The notes: generated from the letters alone by a model not told the origin. Shown: positions 20,816-33,913, numbered from the whole stretch's first letter. The stretch: 48,438 nucleotides of DNA, filler included, from Sphacelaria rigidula (GCA_964200075.2; 3 parts of 3 records of this genome joined end to end with filler, not necessarily neighbours in it), one strand, 5' to 3'. Translations and numbers: made by a program.

Positions 20816-23800
20816 TCGTCACCGTTGACGTGTCTAGCATGCATAGGATCTCTTTTCTCGAAAGGTTACATGTTTTGCAGCACGGTATACGTGTCGGTCA
20901 CTCTTGTTTGTCTGCACAAAGAACGGTGCGGCGAACGGCAACCAATCACATATGTGTGCTTCGCGGCGTAGTCACAGAGAAGCAGTGGTGCAGTACTGCG
21001 CTGCTTACTCATGAAGTGTTCTATTTTCCTCGTGTTCCCGGGAGTTGAGCCTGATCATATGTCAATATACTCATTCGCCATATCCATGCGTTGTGGCATG
21101 GCATGATATGGTAGGGTCGGAGAACAAGGCAGGCAGTAGTACATGATTGTTCCAAGAGCGATGTCATACCCTGGTACCCAAGGGTATAATACAGTATGCA
21201 GAACAGTGCACTATATCAGCGAATCACCATTCACAGTTGGATATAGTACTACAGATGTCAAGAGATGTGCAGGTCTTACACTGCGATGAATCAACTATGG
21301 ATGATATTATTCTTTACACGTGTGGAAACAACAGCAGTCAAGAGTGAGCAGGACATTTGGTGTGGAAACAACTGACTGCTGTTGTACCTATAGTCATAAA
21401 GATGCATCGACCGCTGTCGTATCAACGTAACGGACGGTGTTGTCCCATCCGATTGCATGTTACCGTTGTATTTGCAGGGCGATGTGCGGCACTGCAGTCG
21501 CATGCACTGTTGTCGGAATATGAACAGTACCATCATGCATCACCACATGGTATTGCCGTGTACTATCATCACTCCAGATCACCCGTTCATTCTTGGATCT
21601 GTAATACGAAAATTTCAACTATTTGTGATACTTAACACCACACGACCTGCTGACACTTCACACCAGTGATGCAGAAGCATCAACTATTTGTGATATGAGA
21701 TCAGCTTCAACTCCACCTGTCGAACCCCGTCCATGCTACCTGTACTTCGAAGGTAACGGCAGCTGGCTTGCGTGGGTAGCGTTGGTATAGCACTACGTTA
21801 CTTACTAATCATCCGTTATGATCTATTCTGCTATCGATTGGAGCATGCGCAATCTATCGTGTGTCAGTATGTATTATGGTGCTGTCAGGAGAGTGAAAAA
21901 AACATGAGGTGGTGCAACTGATTTCATCTACAGGTACCTGGGCGCAAATGTGATCCAGAACACATGATCGTCGACCGCACCGACCACCTTATTATAATCG
22001 ACTTCGCGAGGTGGGGGAACCGGACTGGGTTAAACGGAGTTGGGCTATACTCTATTGTTCATGGTCGACACATTTCACGACTGACTACTGTGTAACGTGA
22101 CCCTCATCACCATCCAAGATATACAGAAACCCCTCAAGCAAGGGAGATGCACACAGTTTCCTAGGCAAAGTGTGGCGTTGGTAGACCTCGAATCGGCGGT
22201 GACGCCGATGTGTACGACAACGCCTTCTGAGCACACGCTAGGAGCACACGGAACTGTCAAGCCTCGTGTATTCCAAACAACATGGGAACGGTTGGAAGCA
22301 TCGACTGTGATCCTTTCTCCCGCTGCAAGGGTATGGTCCCTCGCGCCCCACTGTCTTTTATATGCACTTTTGCTCATCGTTCATACCCGCAGTCCCGCGG
22401 AAATTTTCCTATGTTCTTTCTACTCGAAACGTGAAAGTTGCGATAGATCAATTCTCACCAGGGCTTGGCAAAGAGACAAACGAGAGAATATTGCCGTAAC
22501 ATGTTTTCAGTACGGCCATACCGTATTCTCGTGCGGTGTGTCCAGTACCACCCTCGTGACATACAAAATGCGATAGAGCGCACGCACAGCGCCCGTTCAG
22601 AGACACGGAGGCGAAATGCTTCATCAGATATTGGTGAAAAGTACAGTTTTACAAGGTTCATACCGAACAATGTTCTCGTAAGATTGAGAGTAGAGAATAC
22701 GATTGAGGGAGAAAAGCGGTCAACTAGTGAATGATTCGTTTCAGTTCCGAGATGCCCCTCCACGAGGCCCAATATGCTTCATGTAGTAGCTTGGCACTGA
22801 GACCCATAATATCCCTGAGTAGGTGATCGACGTGTAGCTGTAAGCACACGCCAGTGATAGAGGCAAGGAAAATCACACACGGAACGAATAATTGGCTAAG
22901 TTGAAGCGATTGATCAAAACCACTTCCGATCAGCGCTCGACTCTCAATCTCACGAACACGTGGATTCCTGCAAAGTACGAGAGCTCGAATATATGAACGG
23001 GAACAACGGGTCGAAATGCGCTAGTTGTTATCATGTCTATGGATCAATATACTCACGTACCCTTTGTTTTGTCAACATTACTATTTTTTATGATAATCAT
23101 CATTCGTTCTATTATCATGATTTCAGTTATTGAGACGAGTACGAGATAAAATAATTTCGGCTTTAACTATGACTATTGGTCATCACTTTTGCACATCCTT
23201 CATACCCGCGCAGGCCTGGAGAAGCTCTAATGTTATATATTATATGAAATAGAAATTTGAGAAGAGGATCACTTCCCATGAACCGGCGGAGCAGATTATT
23301 TGGGCAGTAATCTATGATTATCATCACTTTTGCACTTCGTCCATACCTGCAGTCTTAAAAGTTGTGTTTCGTTGTATGACGTACTGAACATTTGTGAAGA
23401 GGATCAAGTCCCATGTACGTCATGTCTGGAGATTTTGGTCCATGCGCTCTACTGTTTTTTTTACGCACTTTTGCTCATCAATCATACCCGCAGCCCAAGA
23501 ATAGTTATCGTGTGTTTTATTCCACTCAATATTGAGAGTAGAATGAACTATCACGAGGGCTTGGCAACGAGACAATCGAGTCGCGAAAAGAGTCGAGCAG
23601 GGCCGGAGTGGAGCTCCGGCCCGGCCGGCTTGTAGTATATATACAGAATATTTCGAACTCACGAGCGTGAAACATACTTTGTCACGAGGCGTCCACGAGA
23701 TGTAATGCTGATTTTAGTGTGCAAGTTTCTCCGCACCCACCCCGGGAGATGACTGTTCGGGCCAGTGACAATGCTGGCAGTCCGGTTCGCGGGCTCGTGC

Positions 23801-24119
23801 CACAGTTTGTTCGGGGGTACACAAGCGCTCGCGACCGTTCGAACGGACGCATGATCGCGGTGGTCCTGCAATGTTTCCGGCGATTAATACTGGAATGATT
23901 GATTGATGATTGACTGTTGTACTTTGACTGACCCCCCCAGGGGTCCAGCCGTGGTCTCGGAATGAGTGTGTAATGTCCGCACCCGCCCGCACACGAGCTT
24001 CCCATAATGTATATATATATATATTGGAATTATAATAATAGTATATCTAAAGTTAAGCATCTATAGAAGGTGAAATCTGGTGTTCCGGGATCAAGATGTG
24101 CGTCTATTCTGTACCTGAA

Positions 24120-24450
24120 AGGTGAACATGTTATCATGAAAGACGTCAACATGCGTTCGAACCCTGTATCGACTACTTCCTTTTGATCGTAGGGCGTGAG
24201 TAAAACACTGTTCCTTCACCCCGGGAGACCTCAGCACGTGAGCGTTTTCTGTAGGTGAAATATGACATTATAGATGTGCAAGACGTCGGTATTGGTTCGA
24301 ACCCCGTGTCGGTTACATGTTTTTTGCTCATAGGGCGTGAGTAGAACACTGTTTCTTCACACTGGGAGTCAAGTTCAAGTCCCGGGTCGGGTATTTTTTT
24401 CCTGCTGGTGGTGCCGTATAAGAACACAGTTTTGCTACACCGGGAGTCGA
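24120..24450 (+). repeat. Degenerate tandem tRNA-like/SINE-head array
   Basis: B-box-like gttcgaaccc (24155, 24295) and gttcaagtccc (24373), each followed by a T-run. Repeated tagggcgtgagta.aacactgtt.cttcac.c.gggag unit. Confidence 0.5.
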
Positions 24451-24748
24451 TTTTGTCTTCCATTGAAATATACGCACTTTCTCCCCAACATTCATGCACG
24501 CGGTCCTATTCCTCATCGTCTCGCAATTTTTGTTCCCATCATCATATTATCTCTTCCCACTTCCATCAACCGAGATCGTCTTCTCTGTAAACGAACACAA
24601 TAACCCCGAAGGCATCGGTGCAGAGGGAATGCCACAACATATCGACCGTCGCCGTCTTTCTGAGTCGCGCTGCGATCTTTTTCCTAAGCACTTCTCCTCA
24701 TCGCTCCACCCGCAATCCAGTACTCTTTCTCGTCTCATTTCTTCCGTA

Positions 24749-24910
24749 TGATTGATTGATTGTCGCACTCGAAACTGACCACCCATGGGTCCAGCCGTGG
24801 TCGCATGATAGACGTAACCAAAAAAAAGGAAACTGAAATACTCGTTCAAGAAAACGAAGGAGCACAAAAAAGTCGAACAGAACGACACAGTAGACTGAGA
24901 CACGAAAAAT
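24749..24910 (-). mobile_element. Retroposon 3' end with (AATC)n tail
   Basis: Homologous to 5533-5690. Confidence 0.6.
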
Positions 24911-25467
24911 AATAACAATAAAGAAGGGGGAAAAATACCAAAAGCAAAGCACAGGAAGAGATGGCCGACCTGAAGAAGAAAAAAAAAAGGAGCGGAAAAA
25001 AAATGGAATCAAACAACTAGAAAAAGGGAAAAGCCAAAAGATCCGGGGCAGCAGACTAGGTACAGACACACACCAGTGGGCACCGCAGAGTCACAGACTA
25101 AGGACACAAACAACAACCCATACAAGATGAAATTGTAACCGACAATCGTTTCTCACGAGAGCTTGGCAAGGCAAGAATACCGCGACCCTCCAAGAAGACG
25201 GGCGGGACCGGGGCGCTCTACTGTCTTAGATACCCACTTCTGCTCGTCGTCCATACCCGCAATCCTGGAGGAGTTTACGTGTGTTTTTATTTGACATGCA
25301 AGATGAACATTTCGAGAGAGGATCCATTTTCACGAGGGCTTGGCGCAGCCCCGTGTTCCGTGCAGCTTGTAAAATTCGGGTAAAAAATCCAATTTCGACA
25401 CGATTGCATGACAAAGTTCGCAGCGCGATGAAGAACACGCGAAATCAACTACCTCGACGCCACTCAC

Positions 25468-25543
25468 CTCCAACGTGTAGGCTAACCCTCAGTTGTCGCA
25501 CTAGGGCAACCTGTCCCACGTGCGTGGAACAGAAGAGCAACCT
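25468..25543 (-). CDS. PEX22: PEX22-like exon
   Basis: tgcag|AGG...GGA G|gtgagt. RLLFCSTHVGQVALVRQLRVSLHVG resembles plant PEX22 KVLFCSTEIGRTSFVRQLEPDWHID. Confidence 0.75.
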
Positions 25544-26561
25544 CTGCACACACACACACAATAAACGCAAAAGCGGCGACAAACGCACACGGTATCCATA
25601 TCTTGAGCTTGAGAGTATCGCTAGTTTACTGCCGAGGGTAGCACGGCACTCGAGTCTCGAGCAAGTTGCGCCCGTCTGCACGTCGGTACGGTTCGGTAAG
25701 AGCTCAACGGAAATATGACTCTTTCACCCAACAAAAAAACGCAGATTACCATACATTATATTCCTCTCTACTTGTAATCGCACATGCCCACGACCTCTCA
25801 CATGACCGTGCTTGAACCGGTTTACGGACATGTTCAAACATACTCGCCAGATGTAAGAAAAGCAAGTTGTCACGAACCGTAACCACCCATTCTAAACCGG
25901 AACATAGTGTCCACGAACGGTAACAATATTCCCGAGAACCGATACGGTTTGTTCTTGAGTCATCCTACGATGGGGGAGTGGGGTATTTCGGGCCACTTCT
26001 TGCTCGAAATTGCAAAACAAATCGTCCTTGAAAGCAGCAACGGCTGTTCGAACGACCTCGTTATAGATGAATAACGCTCATTCATACTGCTTGACACCGG
26101 TTTTGACCAAATACAAGCACACCGCGAGCGTGGCAGGTCATCTGACACACCTATGAGCCTCTTTTTTCGTGCAATCAGATATCCCCCGCTATCGTAGGAT
26201 GACTCTTTTGTTGGCCGAAGCCGAAAAATATGCTTCTAAACATAAGCACCAGTGAGTCGGATAGTCGACGTCGAAATCATGCTCAATTCACACAGCCAAT
26301 ACGGATGACTATCGATGAAGCCGGTCGAAGAACATGGGCATGCGGGAAAGACCTCCGTAACCCCCGGCACGTGAAAAGCCTCGATACTTCGCCACCTTTT
26401 CGAGGGGCATTTGTTTGCCTAAGATGCAGAGCATACACAGCTTCTCCTGCTATGCTTACCCGTAAGGTTTCGTGGTTTGGGCATTCTCGGTCTTGCGACC
26501 GCGGGCCTGAATGAAGGATTCATGCCATCGTAGGAAATACTACGATTGGAGGATGACTCAC

Positions 26562-26690
26562 GTGTTCAGGAATCGCGATGACGGGACTTTCGTTCGAAGG
26601 CTTGACGAGGCCAGTGGATATGGCCAAGTCCTTGACTTGCTTCTCCTCTTCATCGCTTCCCACGCAAGCTATCAAAAACACGCAAGCCAC
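26562..26690 (-). CDS. PEX22: PEX22-like exon
   Basis: ctcag|GTG...CAC|gtgagt, phase 0-0. VACVFLIACVGSDEEEKQVKDLAISTGLV...IPEH resembles PEX22 CDLYLMERVLDDESE.KV. Confidence 0.75.
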
Positions 26691-26718
26691 CTGAGTAGGG
26701 TAACAGAAAATCATCAAC

Positions 26719-26757
<39 letters not shown>

Positions 26758-27048
26758 CAAGCCGTGCCAAGGCGAGAACTCACATCCGAGTACACCATGA
26801 CCCCGTGCATGGTTTGACGACCTTGCTTTCGGAGTGCTGTGCCGTAGTCCGAGTGGTGTTGCACCGAGCGTGTCCGCATGAACACACATGCTTGTTCGGC
26901 TGCAGCTACCGCACCATGACCGGCCGGCGCTTCCAACGTACAGCCCAGGAAGCGAAAACATTATTTCACAAAAAAAAAAAAAATGAAGGTGATCGTAAAA
27001 CAAGAGTTTTTTTATTTTATTTGGAAAACGCCGGCAACTCAGCCTGAC

Positions 27049-27132
27049 CTCGTTGAGAAGGGCCACCACCCTCGAAGCTCCCTCAATGACCACCCAATTG
27101 CAGTCGCCACCGGACGTATTTCGCAGCACCAC
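27049..27132 (-). CDS. PEX22: PEX22-like exon
   Basis: accag|GTG...GAG|gtcagg, phase 0-0. VVLRNTSGGDCNWVVIEGASRVVALLNE. Confidence 0.62.
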
Positions 27133-27519
27133 CTGGTCGTGTCAGTCATGCACCACAAAATAATTAATGATATTCCCAGTATTGTAGTAGACTCGTGAGG
27201 GTGCAAGTCATACTCCAGTTACACGTTAGACACTGCATCTCTTTGCGACACAGTTCCGCCTGCCGAAGGCAAAAGTAAGACACATGGAACGCGGTGAAGA
27301 CTGCAGCGCACAAAATCAACCCCACGCAGCAAAACTTCGAACATTGAGCAATTGCTCTATCTTGACCACCCCGCGCCCTAATCAAAGGCAAGCGAGGGGA
27401 AGCGTTGAGACATGTTCCTTCCCCCGCCTCCACCCCCCAGACCCCCAGCACGGTAAGATGAAAAGCCCATGGTTAAACAGCTACGGTACGGTATCCGTCA
27501 TCATGAATACGCCTCTCAC

Positions 27520-27684
27520 ATCATTGACAAAGATGGTCACGGGCACGCGTCGTTTGCCGACGCTCACTCCAAACCGTTTCGCGACCGCAACGGCTTCAGC
27601 CGATACCGGAGTCTGCTCGGGCGGCAGCTTCGCCTTCTTCCTGCCCGACACTCCATCGACGCTGACACGCTGCGATGGTGATGG
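27520..27684 (-). CDS. PEX22: PEX22-like exon
   Basis: tccag|CCA...GAT|gtgaga, phase 0-0. Ends KRRVPVTIFVND, similar in position to PEX22 RKVTCRLLGVILE. Confidence 0.6.
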
Positions 27685-28261
27685 CTGGAGAATGAACATT
27701 ATTCAACGCATACGAGCGTAGAGGGCAACAAAAACACCTGTTTGCTCCATAGTACTGTACTGAGTGAACTATAGATCATGGTGGTGATGAATATACAACT
27801 CTTCGAACATCCATCTTTTTTTTCTGTTCTGAAAGTCTGTACGCTGACAATCCTGCGAGTTTTCCACATCCTGGACAATGTATGGTCAATAGTTGCAATA
27901 GGCCTATACTTTAAACCAAGTACATTATTCGTCTAGTGCATCTTTTGACTGTATCTTGTCCAGCGTGTGGAGGGTTTACGGGTGTCGCCTGATGAGAGGA
28001 TGGACGTCAAGAGCACATCGCCACAAATTCGCATGAGTTTTTGAGAATAAAGCTCGAGCCAATAGCCGTGCACCAGCCGTTTGCCATGGTTCAGGTTACA
28101 AGCTCGGGAGTGAGATGAATGTCGTAGATAAGCGATGTGGGTAATTTTTCACTGGCCATGTATGCGGAGGCGACAGAGCAGATTTTCCGACCTCACCAAC
28201 CAGTGGCACAAATATCAGTCACTGCACCACACCCAGCAATAGTGCTCGAGCACGAGTTTCC

Positions 28262-28805
28262 GATAGGGACGGGGTGGAGTACTCATTTAATTGTTGCTTG
28301 CCGCAGTCGTTTGACCATTGACCACGCATCCCTTCCGAGACGGAGCACCGTTCCTACTCCAAGTAAAGACATGTCCAACATTCCGGCGCTCATCACGTTT
28401 CTTCCATATATTACACAAAAAACTTTCACAGACCTTATCCCCTTTCCCCGTTTCGCCGTCTGCGGCCACCACATATCTCCTGGAAGAGCGATCGTTTTCT
28501 CGCTACTGTCTGATGAACGAACGACTTCATGCCACCTTCATCTACTTCCCACATTTCCCCCTCTAACACTTCTCGGTGTCCCTTGTACAGTTCATATTCT
28601 CCCACTACATGACTTCTTCTCCCTATTGCTTCGCCACAGGGGCAATCGTGTACATCTAGTTCCTCCTCCGCTCGACTACTGGTACACCTCTTTCTTCTTT
28701 CTGGTTGATCCAGGTCTCCCACCCGAATTGCAATTCCAACTATTTTGCGGAGTCCATTGGGCCATGCAGATCTTTGTTTTCATCCCTATCCCCTCTGTCA
28801 ACCAG
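28262..28805 (-). mobile_element. Degenerate LINE ORF2 C-terminal fragment
   Basis: Frameshifted reading GIGMKT...GDLDQPERRKRCTSS...HDCPCGEAIGRRSHVVGE(Y)ELYK...MWWPQTAK...FLCNIWKKRDERRNVGHVFTWSRNGAPSRKGCVVNGQTTAASN. Contains a decayed CCHC-type knuckle; tail tgagtactcc. Confidence 0.75.
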
Positions 28806-28866
28806 GGGGGAGGTGAGGGATAATCGGAATGGTCGTGATTATTAGGCTGCCGGAACATAGCCAGAC

Positions 28867-31800
28867 CTCTGAACTCGAAGTTACGTCACGTGTCGAGAGT
28901 ATGTTACGGGACTTGGCGCAGGCATGTACACTACTTTCGCTGGATTGGCACGTGTCGACTGCGGGTGAGAAAGATCGAACTGACGTGGGGATGGAAAACA
29001 AAAACACCAGTGAAACGGCTGAATTATGTAGTTAGTTACCTGGAGACCGTGCCGCACCCTATGGGGGAGCTGTAGACAAGACCATTTTGACCAAAATAGT
29101 TGGCTTATGTACTGTTTGTTCACTCTACAAAAACAGCTGATACACAGCTTCCAAACATGTTCATACTGCTTCAATAGTAGAGCTCGGAGATGGTACCAAT
29201 TATAACTGGCCATTATCATTATGATGGTAATAACGGTAATGATGGTAATGGTAATATGAAAGTTTTGGATAATGGTTTTGAACTATTATTTACCTTTTCC
29301 GGCTATATAAGCCGTTCCCAGCTACGTGGGCTACATACGGCCCTTGAAAATTGACCCAAATTTCACGTACTTTTTAGCTTAAGTGAGGCCAAATCGCGTC
29401 AAAACGTGCCTCCGGCCCGACGCCTCCAGCGGGGCGGGGCCCCATCTGCCGGGGAGGGCTTTTCGGCTCGCGGCTGCGCAACTCGATAACCACACCATTA
29501 TGTACCATTTAACTGGTTAATGAGTGCGCCACGCGTAACCGTTCAACTGGTAAATGGTTAGACAAACTATTTCCGAGCTCCATTCAACCGTGGTTTTCGG
29601 CCAACATGCTGAAAAGCGGCGCGGGGGGGGGGGGGGAGGGGGAGTGCAGAAGCTCAGAAATTCGCCACTCTATGACCTATGAGTCATGGTGCTCTGGGTA
29701 CTGACACCTTCGTACATGCATGGTCACGTGCACACAGATGGTGACAAGGGCATGAAATAAACCTGGTCCATGTGTCTAAAACTCGGTCTAGTCACGCTTT
29801 GACTGGCGCGATCACCGCCGCTCTTATATCAATATGGTGATGGCCGCGGCCTGTGCACGAATAAGAATGACGCACGGCATGTGCGGCGTTCTCTCCGCCA
29901 AAACCAGCCGCTCCGATCCCCGGCCCCCTCCCCCCCCCTCCCCGCCCCGAAAAGCCTGTCCGTTTAGCGTCCAACCCAAGGGTCCGGGCGATCAACCATT
30001 TTAGCCCCCTGCTGTGATTCCTGGCAGAATCGTGGAGAATGGCGATATTGTAGACGAGAAAACCACGGCATGACGCTCGGGCGCTACTTGAAAACAATTT
30101 TGCGTATCTTCCTTCGACCAATATGATCGGTTGCAGAGGTGTAACACGGTTGAGTAGCCAAGCTGGGGTTTAGTTGTTGCAGTTTAAGCGTGTGTCGTCT
30201 GTGCAACGCTTGTAGCGAACAGAACGGCTGCGCCCTGTACGCCTTCGTATCCCACCTTACTTGCATTACAGTGTTGTTCCTTTTACATAATGTAGGCGGT
30301 ATTTCACGGTGAGGTGTACGTTCTATTAGCTGAAGTCGTGTTCCGCAGTTTCAGTTGTCTTGAGCTCAGACAGGAGGTCATCGTGGGAACAGGGTTGGGC
30401 ACTGTTAGCTCCAACAGCTCGCCTCACGGGCGATGCCGCACATTGGAGAAAGCTGCATGACGCATGAGATTCGTGACAGCACATGTCGCAAGCGGTATTT
30501 GCTGAAAAGATTCACCTATCCACTAGAACAGGGCGAGTTGGTGCAGGGTTCTCTAGGTGCGGGTCCCACTCTGTGCGCATCGGTTTTGAAACACACATAC
30601 ATTCTCGTCTGTTGTATATAAAATATGCTATTTGCTGGTATGCGTTCGACACTGCGTACCAACCGCGGCATTACGCCTTTGGCGGTACTGCCTGCTCACT
30701 GCACAGCGGCAGGGTGCAGGGTGACAAAGCACAGCACAGAACTTCACATCCTTAGCCTATCCCTGTGCTGCATTGATTTCGCGCTGTCCTACGCAGTTCG
30801 CCACATCATGCACGCAACCGCTTGTATCTGCGGTCAACGTGTTGCTGGATATCACCCTTGGCTACGCCCTAGATCGCCAAGATACATTTTGTAAAGCTCC
30901 CCGTGTCGCAGCTACAGCATGCGTTTGCCCCAGGTTGCGCACGCAGGAGTGGAAGGCCGCCTCTGCTGCTGCCATGGCTGCCTGTATCTTGGGCGAAGCT
31001 GTATGGTAACACAACCGCTATGGCGCGAAAGCCGCGTGTAGCATTTCATACCCAGGAGATTTTAACACACTGTTGTTGTCTCGAAGTGTAGCGTTGCAGT
31101 TACGGGCTTGAGGTACGAGTATTACACAAATTTTAGTCGGCAATATATTGTATGCTGTACGCAGTACACTTTCAACACCGTGTTCGTACTCACTGACTGT
31201 AGAATCTTCGTCCAGGGTCCGGGACATTTCAGCATAAAATGCAGGATCTTGTACATTTTCACATATAATCTGGTGCGGTGAGATGGTGGAAAAATCCACT
31301 ACATCTGGGCAAACTGCAGGTGAGGCAGTCGCCAAAATATTCCCCTGTGAACTTTGCAACAGTGCACTAGCGCGCTGTAAGTTTATATCGCTAGAAGAAC
31401 ACTACCATAACTACCTTGCCGGCTTCCAGACCGTTAAAATCTTCTATCCACTAGCATTGCTACTATCTGTACGGGGATGTTGCCCACTTGTCGGGTACGT
31501 GGGGCAGGGTCCATGGCCGAACGCAGCGGTCGCGTGAGATAGGCTTAACCTTGACGTGTCGAGCTTTTCGGACCGGCAAACGATCAGCGTAGACCCTCAC
31601 ATATATGGTGGGGCCTAGATGCTGTTTACGTTCTGGTCTTCTGCGAGCATTCATCCCTAACTGGGAGAAGATTGACGATGACGCCTGAAGGATCCGTGTT
31701 CGGTCTGCGAGCCTCGCCGAAATTGTACATACTGCATTCGTCATCAGACAGGAGGTGGTGAAAAAATAAAGAATCTGAATAGAACAGTATCCACCGTTTC

Positions 31801-31899
31801 AATGCAGATCGGGCCCGCAGCACCTTTGTGCAGCCACAGCTGCAGCTCCGACGCCTTGCTGTAGTACCAATCAACATATCCTCCAAGTTTCGGCGTCAT
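28867..31899 (-). CDS. Tentative 5' exons of the PEX22-like gene (31824-31899, 31601-31731, 31415-31466, 31194-31313, 28867-28979); third exon has an in-frame TAA
   Basis: Phase-consistent GT-AG chain from ATG 31899 (MTPKLGGYVDWYYSK...) into exon 27684. No recognisable homology apart from a short hydrophobic stretch. Confidence 0.3.
29335..29480. repeat. Dispersed repeat shared with 48240-48360 (opposite strand)
   Basis: agtgaggccaaatcgcgtcaaaacgtgcctccggc vs gccggaggcgtattttacgcgatttggcttcact. Confidence 0.6.
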
Positions 31900-32262
31900 T
31901 ACAAGCGAGGTGCAGGTTTTCTTGGCGCCTAACCTTCAAAAACACAGCCTCCATATTATCGAAAAGGAATAGCATTGATTATTGGTGTTGCTATTGACCC
32001 TTACAATAGCGGAGATTCGCACACGTTACCAGGAGCTACTGGCAGTGTGCAAACGTTACCAGGAGAGACCACGCGCTGTGTCCGTAGCAATGGTCTACTT
32101 GTGGGGGGCCGGACCTCCTTGTTAACAGCAGCGTTGTCTCGTTCGCTGAAACAACGAGTCCGGACCCCCGGCAGGCAAAAAAGGGAGGGGAGGGGGGGGG
32201 GAGAAAGAAAACAAAAAAAAACAAACCATAGAAAAAAAAACAATAAACTCGAAAACCAAAAA

Positions 32263-32362
32263 NNNNNNNNNNNNNNNNNNNNNNNNNNNNNNNNNNNNNN
32301 NNNNNNTTAATTAATTAANNNNNNNNNNNNNNNNNNNNNNNNNNNNNNNNNNNNNNNNNNNN
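32263..32362. other. Artificial contig linker
   Basis: N44-TTAATTAATTAA-N44. Confidence 0.97.
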
Positions 32363-32797
32363 CAAAGCGCCGTGGTGTGTTCGGCTAATCGCATGAAGGA
32401 TGAGCTGCATTCTGCTAAGATTTTTCGGCCCGAAGCCTACTGATTATCTTACATTTGGATGACAGACAACAGCTCATTGAAATTGCAAACTACCAATAGT
32501 ACACAATTGAAGAACAGTTGATAATGCCGTGCATGTTGGAGCGCATCACTTTTGTCCTCAGATTGTGGTGTTTATATCGATGCTTCGGAATCATGAGCAT
32601 TTAGGTTTTTTGAATTTCAAAACCCATCGTCGAGTGTTGAACGATCAAAAATGATTCGGAGCTATTCACTGTAATCCGCCCGCAAAAGGTTATTTCAGCC
32701 AGATTTTACGCCTGGACATCAGGCAAGGCCTGAATATGTTGATTCCACGACCTATGCTCCGTGTCAGGTTTTGTGTGCATCGAATGTTGTGTGCCAG

Positions 32798-33001
32798 ATA
32801 TCCGGGCGGTTGGCATGAACCAGAGGCGAGGAAAAAGAGGTTGCTGAAGACTCGCAAGGTACCTTTTTGGCCACCGAAACGCGCTTCGAGCAACCCCTCG
32901 CGAACGAAAGCATGGATCGCATGCACGAAGCATCAGTCTGATATCGACCTACTTGTCAATCATATCACGATACACTCCAGTGCGGAGTGCCTCGGGGAGA
33001 G
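32798..33001 (+). CDS. Probable upstream exon of the VPS9-domain gene
   Basis: gccag|A TAT...GAG AG|gtgggg. 204 nt, open, phase 2-2, matching the phase-2 acceptor at 34070. Confidence 0.45.
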
Positions 33002-33212
33002 GTGGGGGACAAAAGGGGATCAGCGGGTAGAGCTATTCTCTCATCCAAGTCTGTGACCCACCAGAGTTACACGTTCTTTGCTTGACTATGCACAGTCTCC
33101 ATGCGACTTCTCGCTGGCGACTCCTTACATTGTGCGGGCAGATGATTTCATTTTCTTGAGCTCAATGTTTTGTGAATCACTCTCCGACTATTGGGCGTGC
33201 AGTTTCTCTGTA

Positions 33213-33913
33213 CAATAGTGGCCCCGATTATATGCCGGGTGGTGCCCCCCCCCCAAAAAAAAAAACTGGTATAAAATTGAAATGGCATAAAATCGTTGAT
33301 ATGCTATCTCGACATAAAACCGGGGGGGGGGGGGGGCGTACTCATTTGCATATAACCGGGGGGGGCACTTTTATACCGGTTCAGCATAAAATCAGACTAG
33401 CACGCGAAGCACAATTATGCACTGTGTAAAACTTTTGACCGTGGATCCACCTTGTTCTACGTGACGTTTGGGTGCAGATGGGCTTAGTGGTATATGGCCT
33501 CTGTCTCAAAAGTTGTATTATTCATGAAGGAAATATATTTACTGTGTACAGTAGCAGACTGCTACTGTGCCCATACAGTGCTAGGTGAATGATCTTGCTC
33601 TTGTTATGACAACGCCCGACGACCTACAAGTAGTAGCCACAGAAAAATGTTGGCATGACTTACAACTTCGAGTGCTGCCGTGTTCGTGCTTCACTCCCGG
33701 CAAGCTCGCATGTCAAGCTGATCTATGGGCACAAGAACGACCCGAAAATATCCCGCGTCGGCGTAAAAGTGGTCCGATATCTGCCGATTCGGCATACATT
33801 TTGATTATATGCCGTTTACGGGAGGACAATACGAAGGCGGCATAAAAGAGAAGGAAAATTGTATTCCCTGGAAAAAAAACGGCATATTTGACATAAAATC
33901 GAGGCCACCACTG
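33213..33913. mobile_element. Non-autonomous TA-flanked TIR element (Tc1/mariner-pogo type)
   Basis: TA|caatagtggccccgattatatg ... cataaaatcgaggccaccactg|TA, with multiple subterminal (G/A)CATAAAA motifs. Confidence 0.65.

Larger units (their letters stand above)
22362..25350 (+). repeat. Local ~100-150-bp repeat family, >=5 copies (22362, 23180, 23322, 23464, 25233)
   Basis: Recurring cactt(t)tgc.c.tc.t.catacc.gca followed by ...gaggatca...cacgagggcttggc. Confidence 0.65.

Noticed and set aside
28137..28823. 228-aa plus-strand ORF
   Set aside because: Antisense to the degenerate LINE fragment
24547..31436. TAA stop-codon reassignment as the cause of in-frame stops
   Set aside because: The well-supported exons of the other genes contain no in-frame TAA; two cases in low-confidence exons are better explained by decay, error or mis-modelling
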